Part shown: positions 1 to 7,004 of the stretch, piece by piece | Layout: each line of letters starts with the position of its first letter | Numbering within the stretch: the stretch's first letter is position 1 | IMG/VR virus record: IMGVR_UViG_3300020048_000119 | Coordinates: 49,005-69,004 of that record | Source of the DNA: an uncultured virus (IMG/VR IMGVR_UViG_3300020048_000119) | Taxonomy: Duplodnaviria; Heunggongvirae; Uroviricota; Caudoviricetes | Reading direction: 5' to 3' (one strand) | DNA length: 20,000 bases | Notes under the pieces: generated by a model | The model's input: only the letters and a program-made list of their open reading frames with translations | Databases searched by the model: none | Told to the model about the DNA's origin: nothing | Made by a program: the position numbers and the translations under genes

Positions 1-2022
1 TTCAAAATATCCCTCCCACATATTGTAGTCCCTAGCCTTCTGCATTAGATCAGCTGGGGGCTCTACGGCTGCCACATCGACGTCTTCTTTAGTACGCCAA
101 CTTGGCGAGCAAATAGCTACATCTACTGTTACATGTATTCTAAATAGATCACGCTCTGTCTGTATCCAACGTAGCCATCCAAGTATATACTCCTCAGATT
201 GCTTTATGATGTATAGCAGCGAGTCATGAACTTGTAGAATCATTTTAGAACTAAAGCCATTGGCCCTTAAAAATTTATAGAGGGCCACGAGTCTAGTTTT
301 CGTAGAGTCTGCTGCACTACCTTGAATAGCATAGTTAACGCAGGCATACTCTTTGTTGTGGTCTACGTACACACGTCTGCCTAAGATTGTGCGAACGAAC
401 CTTGCTGACTTAGCTTTGTTGTTTGCAGCTTTAATGAACGCATCAACCTCTGGAACATTACGTTTGAAGTCGTAGATAATGGCATTTGCTTCTCCGATAG
501 TCACACCTTCCATACCAGGCATAGTGATTACTTTAGCAGCACCCGCTCCATATATTATTGCAAATTCGACTGACTTAGCTGCTTCTCTTTGTTTCTTAGT
601 TACGTCTTCATACTTACAAGAATAAATGAGACCACCAATAGCCCGATGAATATCTCCACCAGAATTGATAATCTCTAGAAGGTATGGTGCTTGACTATAG
701 TGAACAAGTATAATTGCCTCCTGTGACTTAAAATCAAAGTCGTATAGGGTATAGCCGTCTGGAGCTATAAAAGCATCTCTGACTCTTGAATCTTTTCTTC
801 TTGGCATGTTCTGCATTGATGGACTACTGATAGAGAACCTACCGGTCTTAGCTTCCATTGAGTTTATGTTGCAGTGTACCATATCCTGTGAGTCGCACAT
901 CTCGTACAGCTTGATAGCAAAGGTATTCAGTAGTTTGTTTGCAGCTTTGTATCCTTGTATCTTGCTTACAAGTGGAACACCTTGGTTGTCTAGCTCTTCC
1001 ATTGCAATAGCGTCAAGTATTGGATTGCCTGTATCGCGCTTAATTTTCACAAGATGACCAAATCCAAGTTTGTTGAGTGCAGAGTAGATCTGCTGTCCAC
1101 TATTGATATTGAAGACCATGCCCGCTGTTTCGTAGATCTCTTTCTCTGCTGCATCTGCCTCTGCTGTAAGCTCAGGAATAAGAATATCTTTGTAGTTCTC
1201 ATCTACTCTTATACCTGTGCGTTCCATTGAGTAACATACCAGCATTACCTCATTCTCAAGCTCATACAGTCCACGCAGATCTTTCTCTTTATCAAGCGTA
1301 GATAGCAGCGGATAGAAATGCTTAAAGACTAGCAGTGTGTTCCATGTATCAGCACAGCCATATTGTGTAAGCAGTTCTTTAGGTATCTGACGATAGTCCG
1401 TAACTCTATTCATAGCTTTGTAACTATCTACCATATACTCAAAGGTTGTTACAGTCGGTTCTTCATCCTGGATTTCTACTGACACATCAAGTAAACCGTG
1501 TGTGAACGCTCCAGCACGTGTTAGCTTGCTTAGGAACAGTGTATCCCATAACTGTCCACTCATCTTTACACCTGCATTATTAATCATATGCAAATCATAA
1601 TCAATATTGTGGCCTACTTTGTCAATCGTGGGATCGTTTAAGATTACTGATAACTTTCTAAATTCAGCAAACTTATTCTCAAGCGTGTCGTAGACTATAA
1701 ATGAATTTGTACCATCACATATCTGGATAGTGAACGGAAAGTCATTTGGAATTTCTTTTCCTGACTTAGTCTTTATCCATCTACGTACTACATGGCTTGG
1801 CATATGATTACTTGCAACACCCGTATAGAATGTTTCTGTATCTACTGCCACAAATTTACGTCCAGGCATAAAGTCAAATTCAGCCGGTTTAATGCGTGCT
1901 ATTACCTGCTCAGCTGTGGCCTCTATAAAATTTGGCTCCACAAATGAACTGAAATCAAGCGGCGAATATGACCGGCTATACTTTGGAACTATACTACCTG
2001 GACTCTTCTTTTTGATTGCCAT
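1..2022 (-). CDS. polA: Family A DNA polymerase with 3'-5' exonuclease domain (3' end runs off the window; not in the ORF track)
   Basis: Manual translation from ATG at 2022 (MAIKKKSPG..., SD GAGGAG upstream). In-frame motifs: ExoI FVAVDTETF, ExoII GHNIDYDL, ExoIII YGCAD, TGRFSISSPSMQNMP, motif A DFDFKSQE, motif B REAAKSVEFAIIYG, motif C LQVHDSLL. The frame reaches position 1 without a terminal stop in view. No room for a 5'-3' exonuclease domain. Confidence 0.95.
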   Translation of the reverse strand, partial: MAIKKKSPGSIVPKYSRSYSPLDFSSFVEPNFIEATAEQVIARIKPAEFDFMPGRKFVAVDTETFYTGVASNHMPSHVVRRWIKTKSGKEIPNDFPFTIQICDGTNSFIVYDTLENKFAEFRKLSVILNDPTIDKVGHNIDYDLHMINNAGVKMSGQLWDTLFLSKLTRAGAFTHGLLDVSVEIQDEEPTVTTFEYMVDSYKAMNRVTDYRQIPKELLTQYGCADTWNTLLVFKHFYPLLSTLDKEKDLRGLYELENEVMLVCYSMERTGIRVDENYKDILIPELTAEADAAEKEIYETAGMVFNINSGQQIYSALNKLGFGHLVKIKRDTGNPILDAIAMEELDNQGVPLVSKIQGYKAANKLLNTFAIKLYEMCDSQDMVHCNINSMEAKTGRFSISSPSMQNMPRRKDSRVRDAFIAPDGYTLYDFDFKSQEAIILVHYSQAPYLLEIINSGGDIHRAIGGLIYSCKYEDVTKKQREAAKSVEFAIIYGAGAAKVITMPGMEGVTIGEANAIIYDFKRNVPEVDAFIKAANNKAKSARFVRTILGRRVYVDHNKEYACVNYAIQGSAADSTKTRLVALYKFLRANGFSSKMILQVHDSLLYIIKQSEEYILGWLRWIQTERDLFRIHVTVDVAICSPSWRTKEDVDVAAVEPPADLMQKARDYNMWEGYFE

Positions 2023-2076
2023 TACTGTCTCCTCTCAGTCTTTGGGAGGGTGTATTTCAACCCTCCTCTTACTTAT

Positions 2077-2111
2077 ATTATACTGTGTAAAAGACTGCGT
2101 GTATGCCGTTT
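2077..2111 (-). promoter_or_regulatory. Putative promoter for the polymerase gene
   Basis: TATAAT at 2082-2077, with weak -35 CATACA 17 bp upstream. Shares AGTATAATATA, ACGCAGTCTT and AAACGGC blocks with the promoter at 16316-16350. Confidence 0.7.
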
Positions 2112-2399
2112 TTATATAACTGGCACAACACCGTTAAAATATTTTTCTCTTCCGAGTGGCTCAACCACATAGTAATAGCGCTTCACAGATCGCATCTCAT
2201 CAATCACATACTGCGTAATTGCTTTTTCTTTTATAAGTTCTTCTAGCGCTGCTCTTACCTTGGTTGCTTTAACACCAGACTCTTCAGATATGGTAGCCTG
2301 TGACATATAGTTTAGATGCCTGATAGCATTCAATGCTACCAATGCTTTTACAACTGCTTGTTTTTCTTCTTCCGTAGCTACATATATAAATTCTGCCAA
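2112..2399 (-). CDS. Winged helix-turn-helix DNA-binding protein
   Basis: TTG start after GGAGG. MSQATISEESGVKATKVRAALEELIKEKAI followed by a beta-wing (KRYYYVV) fits a wHTH fold. Confidence 0.7.
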   Translation of the reverse strand: MAEFIYVATEEEKQAVVKALVALNAIRHLNYMSQATISEESGVKATKVRAALEELIKEKAITQYVIDEMRSVKRYYYVVEPLGREKYFNGVVPVI

Positions 2400-2411
2400 T
2401 GTTTATTCCTC

Positions 2412-2852
2412 CTATCTCTTCATATCTGGGTTATGCCAAACTGTTAAGTCTATTCTATTTACTACTACACCCGCTGCGCTCAGCATTCTAGTGCCAGTAT
2501 CATCTTTGTATGGTTCCACATAAAAGACATGAGTAAAACCACTGTTGATAATCATCGCTGCACATGTCACGCATGGTGAGGTGGTGCACAGCATTATTTT
2601 TTCTTGATCTACTGCATTACACTTAGCTATTGCATTTGCTTCTGCATGTATGCAGGTATACTTTGTGCCTGTATCGCATAAACAATCCATGCCACCTTTT
2701 GGGCCACCGTTTATACCTATTGAATATATCTGATCTGCTGCTTTGTTTATAATGATTGCAGCATTCTGTTTAGAGTTGCACTTTGAAAGCGTCGATAGGT
2801 CTAGAAGAAAGTCTACAAACACTTTCATTTTGTTAGAGTACATGTTCATCAT
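2412..2852 (-). CDS. dCMP deaminase (cytidine/deoxycytidylate deaminase family)
   Basis: HAEANAI and SPCVTC zinc-binding motifs, GING motif, location in a nucleotide-metabolism cluster. Confidence 0.9.
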   Translation of the reverse strand: MMNMYSNKMKVFVDFLLDLSTLSKCNSKQNAAIIINKAADQIYSIGINGGPKGGMDCLCDTGTKYTCIHAEANAIAKCNAVDQEKIMLCTTSPCVTCAAMIINSGFTHVFYVEPYKDDTGTRMLSAAGVVVNRIDLTVWHNPDMKR

Positions 2853-3658
2853 AAACTACCCTCCAGGGTTTTAGTCTCGAAGAATCTCTTTCTGAACTCT
2901 TGAAGCGGCTCGATATATAAGTCATGCTTTTCCATTTGAGTCAGTAGATACATACGAATAGTTTTAGTCTTCTGAAATTTACTGTTGGTTGAAAATATCT
3001 TGTAGTTATGGCAGACCTTAGTTACATCTAGTTTGCCTCTATAAAACGTAGTCATACAGCTTTCGCATAACGGAATAACGTTCCATGCTGTGTGTTCACC
3101 ATTAAACCTACGTGGGAAGAAACTTGCTTTTATCTGTATAGGTCCACCACACATAGCACAGCCTCCAAAGAAATTACATCTGTGTTTCCATTCTTCTTCA
3201 GTCATAGCTATGCGTGGAGCCGCTGCCAGTACTACACGCCATGCTCTTTCATAATCTACGCCATACTTATAGAACAGTGCTTTGGCTTCGGCCTCTGTCA
3301 GCACGGTGCCGTCTAGGTACTTGTCTACGTATACAGATGCATTTATACAGTCATTACATATTCCTGCTTCAAAGTAGATTGTCCCAAACTCTTTTGACTT
3401 ATATTCTCTAAGCATACGCTTACGTCTAGGAATGAGCACCTTACCACATCTGTCACACATTTCTCGCACTATGTAAGCTACGTCATCCCTAAACTCAATT
3501 CTGTATAGTTTCCAATCTACCTTTACCTGTTGCTGTTTAATCATAGAAGTGTCGAAGTGGTTTATCACCAGCGGTACCAACATTGCCACTTCTACGAAGC
3601 TTGGTTGTTTTATTGGCGCCACTACATCAGTAGCTTCGACGTACTTCTTCTTTTTCAT
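2849..3658 (-). CDS. Zinc-ribbon plus degenerate HNH-like protein
   Basis: N-terminal CDRC...CNDC. C-terminal MTEEEW...FFGGCAMCGG...GEHTAWNVIPLCESC resembles phage HNH proteins but lacks the DH dyad. Confidence 0.6.
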   Translation of the reverse strand: MKKKKYVEATDVVAPIKQPSFVEVAMLVPLVINHFDTSMIKQQQVKVDWKLYRIEFRDDVAYIVREMCDRCGKVLIPRRKRMLREYKSKEFGTIYFEAGICNDCINASVYVDKYLDGTVLTEAEAKALFYKYGVDYERAWRVVLAAAPRIAMTEEEWKHRCNFFGGCAMCGGPIQIKASFFPRRFNGEHTAWNVIPLCESCMTTFYRGKLDVTKVCHNYKIFSTNSKFQKTKTIRMYLLTQMEKHDLYIEPLQEFRKRFFETKTLEGSL

Positions 3659-3661
3659 GGT

Positions 3662-4129
3662 CTAGATATCCGTATGCATGATGACCATAGGTAGGCCAAC
3701 TTCCTGCATCACTTCGCCATACTTTTCTGAGATTAGACCAAGCTGCTCAGTACTCTGTATGTAGGTCTCGCCTCTAGCAGTACATCTTTCCCATAGTGTA
3801 TTTGTGCGTGCTGTTAAGTAGATAATCATTCCTCCGCCATAGGTCTGCACAATCCCTTCAAGCATTTGTACCTGCGCTGCTGACATCTCTTCTCGCTGTC
3901 GCATGACTGGTGCATAGACTCTATCACTGTACCAGCAGCGATCAAAGATAACTACTGAATGGTGTTGGTTTTCTGCGATAGCATGTCTGTAGATATCGAA
4001 CTGCTTTGTGTAGTCATCGGGCACTCCGAAGTGTAGGTATTTTGCATCACTGTATGTTGCAAGTAATTTTTCTATCAGCGTGGTTTTGCCTGCTCCATCC
4101 GGACCCTCAATAATTATGTATGCTGCCAT
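3662..4129 (-). CDS. Thymidylate kinase-like dNMP kinase
   Basis: P-loop IIIEGPDGAGKTT, IFDRCWYS motif, lid RCTARGE. Start moved to ATG 4129, which has GGAGG 7 nt upstream. Confidence 0.85.
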   Translation of the reverse strand: MAAYIIIEGPDGAGKTTLIEKLLATYSDAKYLHFGVPDDYTKQFDIYRHAIAENQHHSVVIFDRCWYSDRVYAPVMRQREEMSAAQVQMLEGIVQTYGGGMIIYLTARTNTLWERCTARGETYIQSTEQLGLISEKYGEVMQEVGLPMVIMHTDI

Positions 4130-4131
4130 TA

Positions 4132-4308
4132 TTAATCCTCCAAACAATTAGGGCACTTATTTGTCCACTCACCGTCTACTTTAGCCCTAGTCCATTCTTT
4201 TACTGCCATTGCTTCTACTGCATCATCAAAAGTATCGCACTCATCCAGTGTCCTACCGCAATTGTCGCAAGTAGGAATAAACTTCCCATATTCTTTTTCT
4301 ATTGACAT
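4132..4308 (-). CDS. 58-aa zinc-ribbon protein (not in the ORF track)
   Basis: MSIEKEYGKFIPTCDNCGRTLDECDTFDDAVEAMAVKEWTRAKVDGEWTNKCPNCLED*. Two CxxC pairs, TAATG coupling to the thyX stop, GGAGGT upstream; fills the gap exactly. Confidence 0.85.
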   Translation of the reverse strand: MSIEKEYGKFIPTCDNCGRTLDECDTFDDAVEAMAVKEWTRAKVDGEWTNKCPNCLED

Positions 4309-5090
4309 TATCGTACCTCCAATAACGGAAATCTTTGCAATAACAAATCTGTTGCTGTATCAGCTTCTGAGTAGAACTGCTTACAAGACATTGCACCTTC
4401 TGGACAATAACCTACTTTACACGGAGGGCCTGAGCCTTCGAAGAATGTAGGATACGCCTGTGTTAACTGCTCCCAGATCTTTGCAAATACGTACTGCGTC
4501 TCCAATGTGTTTCTGTTACATGTTCGCTGCTGGATCATATGTAGCCAGGCTTCTGGGTTAGCTGATATGACCAGTACATTACGCAGTCCTTGTGGCATCA
4601 TGTAACCTGCTGCATCACTGTCTACTCCCTGGTCTATGGCTTTTTCATAGTCTGTTAAAGCAGCCCTACATGAATTAAGATACTGCACTTCATGATAGTT
4701 CTCGACGAACTCAGCATTGCCGTGCCGCTCGGCGTCTAACTTAAGTATGTTGTACGGCACAGTAAAATGAGCAGCCCCTGAATAATCACTATACTGTAGA
4801 CTTCCTGACATAAATGTGACGCCTGCTTGATGCCTTGTCACTTGTGCTAAGAACCTACGTGACGCGCCTATAACAACTATATTGATGCCTGTGAAACGTC
4901 TGATTGTTGCATGAGGTAACTTTAACATTGCTTGCAGTGTCTTCTCTGTATATGGCTTGTCGAGCAATGCATAAAAGTCAGCTAGATTAGTTATTGTTTC
5001 GCCCCGTTGTGTCATGCGCGCCATTGCAACACACATTACTTCAAAGTCATATAGGCTGTTGTCAATAATCGAAATCTCAATATTCTTCAT
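4308..5090 (-). CDS. thyX: Flavin-dependent thymidylate synthase-like protein (divergent ThyX)
   Basis: GASRRFLAQVTRHQAGVTFMSGSLQY aligns to the ThyX RHRx7SxRY signature. Also A(G)YMMP, N...WLHMIQQRTC and a C-terminal C..G.CPEG..SC segment. Confidence 0.85.
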   Translation of the reverse strand: MKNIEISIIDNSLYDFEVMCVAMARMTQRGETITNLADFYALLDKPYTEKTLQAMLKLPHATIRRFTGINIVVIGASRRFLAQVTRHQAGVTFMSGSLQYSDYSGAAHFTVPYNILKLDAERHGNAEFVENYHEVQYLNSCRAALTDYEKAIDQGVDSDAAGYMMPQGLRNVLVISANPEAWLHMIQQRTCNRNTLETQYVFAKIWEQLTQAYPTFFEGSGPPCKVGYCPEGAMSCKQFYSEADTATDLLLQRFPLLEVR

Positions 5091-5094
5091 ACCT

Positions 5095-5319
5095 TCACAC
5101 CTTTGCTACTATCGTACTCAGCTCGTAGGCCACATCAAAATCTAGACCAGCGAGTACTTCATTAAATTTATCGGCTAATACTTTTGCTGCAATACCTGTA
5201 GTTACGACATCAGCATTACAAACTACTGTGGTTCTCTCATCTAGTGGATTATAGGTTATTGTGATGTACTGATGCCCCTGCACTTTATGTTCTGGTTTCC
5301 CATATACTTCAAGCTTCAT
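5095..5319 (-). CDS. Hypothetical protein (74 aa)
   Basis: ORF overlaps the upstream stop, has GAGGTG upstream and tiles within the operon. Confidence 0.7.
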   Translation of the reverse strand: MKLEVYGKPEHKVQGHQYITITYNPLDERTTVVCNADVVTTGIAAKVLADKFNEVLAGLDFDVAYELSTIVAKV

Positions 5320-5695
5320 CAGTGCACCTCTTATACACTTCTGTATTGTCCTGTCGTTGATGGTTTACGGCATTCTTGGCCACATACCCTTCAATGACAT
5401 CATCCGCTGAGAGGCCCAGAGCTATGCCAATTATTGCAAAGAAGTGTAGCATATCAATGTACTCTTCTTGTGCCTTAAGCATGCGTTCAGCATACTCTTC
5501 TAGCGACCATTCATATTTTTTCCAGGGTTTAAAGAATGGTAGCTCCATTAGCATCTCAGATGTTTCTACTGATAGGTGATTGGCGTACTCTTTGATGTAA
5601 GTTGTGCGCTCTTTAGCATCCATCTCATCAATGTCATAGCCCATACGTATCTGTAGTTCCTTCTGCTTTTCAAAGACAATGTTTAAGTCTGCCAT
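5309..5695 (-). CDS. All-alpha dimeric dUTPase (MazG-like superfamily)
   Basis: QKELQ, ETSEM..E...FKPWKK, EEYIDMLHF and Y..KN.VN..RQ motifs; AGGAGG SD. Confidence 0.85.
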   Translation of the reverse strand: MADLNIVFEKQKELQIRMGYDIDEMDAKERTTYIKEYANHLSVETSEMLMELPFFKPWKKYEWSLEEYAERMLKAQEEYIDMLHFFAIIGIALGLSADDVIEGYVAKNAVNHQRQDNTEVYKRCTDEA

Positions 5696-5703
5696 GTTGC
5701 CTC

Positions 5704-6750
5704 CTACTTAATCTTTAATGACGTTGACACTGTATAACCCACGCACTCGTTATATGCCTCAGGATACTCCTGTTGTAACTTTAGTAGGTCACAGTTTCTT
5801 CGTTCTGATTTAGCTATGCTTATTGTATGTGTTAGAGTGAGGGCTGAACTAGCTGTACCTAAGGCAGCAAAGAGTTGTGCATAGAGTGCATCCTTAACTT
5901 TACTTAGTTGTCCAATTTTATCTCTGAGTTGAATATACATCTCAGCTACGTTCTCAACACCTTCATCTTCAATCACTATACTCTCTTCAGTATGCTCTAA
6001 CTCTTTGAGGGTGTCCATGTCTGATGCCTGTGCTTCGGGCTCGATCATTTTCTGCACATTTTCGTTCCAGAAATACTCGGCCCCTTTTCGCATTTCTCTA
6101 CAGAGTTCTTGATCTACTGGGAAGTGATAGCCTACTAGTTTCTGTCCTCCAATAAGACAGACAATGTCGAAGGCAGGCAACCCTGTTATTGTGCAGTACC
6201 AGTTAGCTTGACACATGTAGTATTCAGGCACTGGTCCTGTCTCCCAAGCATCCTTATTAAATGCAGAGGTTGTTTTAATTTCCAAAATACCTTCAACCTG
6301 TGTTCTATCTTCCGATAAAGTAAACCCGTCTATATTAGCAAACATAAAAGGATGAGCATCGTCACGTAAGATAACAGGTATATTGATGTAGTTTCTATTC
6401 TCTCGCTTTGCCCATTCATCAGCTATAGTGGTCTCAAGTACATTACCCCAGCGTGCCTGTTCTGATTGTGGTTTCTTTTCAGACTCTGAGAATTGTCCTG
6501 TCTTAGTGAGCCAAATCTGTCTCGCACTATTCCACGGGCTTTTACCAAGTATGGCAGCAATCTCTGAACCGCCTATACCACTGCCTCTAGCTTTTAACCA
6601 GTCATCTTGATCAAGTGCCTGTGAAGCTACTGATTGTAGACTGCAGCCTTTAAGCTGTGATATATAGTGGATCCAGAGTTCCACTTCAACATCAGGCACA
6701 TCTGGCCTTCCGGTTTTTATTATCTGTCTAAGCGTCTGGGGATTCTGCAT
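5704..6750 (-). CDS. YqaJ-like (lambda Exo family) exonuclease
   Basis: WLKARGSGIGGSEIAAILG, WGNVLE, ANIDG, LEIKT and YMCQ..WY motifs. Start placed at ATG 6750 by spacing from AAGGAG. Confidence 0.93.
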   Translation of the reverse strand: MQNPQTLRQIIKTGRPDVPDVEVELWIHYISQLKGCSLQSVASQALDQDDWLKARGSGIGGSEIAAILGKSPWNSARQIWLTKTGQFSESEKKPQSEQARWGNVLETTIADEWAKRENRNYINIPVILRDDAHPFMFANIDGFTLSEDRTQVEGILEIKTTSAFNKDAWETGPVPEYYMCQANWYCTITGLPAFDIVCLIGGQKLVGYHFPVDQELCREMRKGAEYFWNENVQKMIEPEAQASDMDTLKELEHTEESIVIEDEGVENVAEMYIQLRDKIGQLSKVKDALYAQLFAALGTASSALTLTHTISIAKSERRNCDLLKLQQEYPEAYNECVGYTVSTSLKIK

Positions 6751-7003
6751 TATCATCCACTCCTTCTGTTGCATCAAAGGCATCAACCATAATACGAATA
6801 GTAAGGTCTATTGCTGCGGGTGCTCCAATAATGGCAACCTTTGCTGGTGCAACAGCCTCATAAGCATGCGCAACTGCTGTTACGATATACAGCTGTGGCC
6901 CCATTGGAAACTGTATTATTGAACCCATTGTAGGTATATATGGCACACTCTCAAGTTCCATGAGTGGCGCAAGGGTGGTTCGCTCTAAGTACTGTACTTT
7001 CAT
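6728..7003 (-). CDS. Hypothetical protein (~91 aa)
   Basis: ATG at 7003 directly after the primase-helicase stop, with GAGGT SD; tiles within the operon. Confidence 0.7.
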   Translation of the reverse strand: MKVQYLERTTLAPLMELESVPYIPTMGSIIQFPMGPQLYIVTAVAHAYEAVAPAKVAIIGAPAAIDLTIRIMVDAFDATEGVDDNAESPDA

Positions 7004-7004
7004 T

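Noticed and set aside
217..600. Polymerase motif variants (VHDS, KSVEFAIIYG) as evidence of an unusual polymerase
   Set aside because: The catalytic aspartates and the motif B Arg/Lys/Phe/Tyr are intact, and HDS occurs in other phage family A polymerases.
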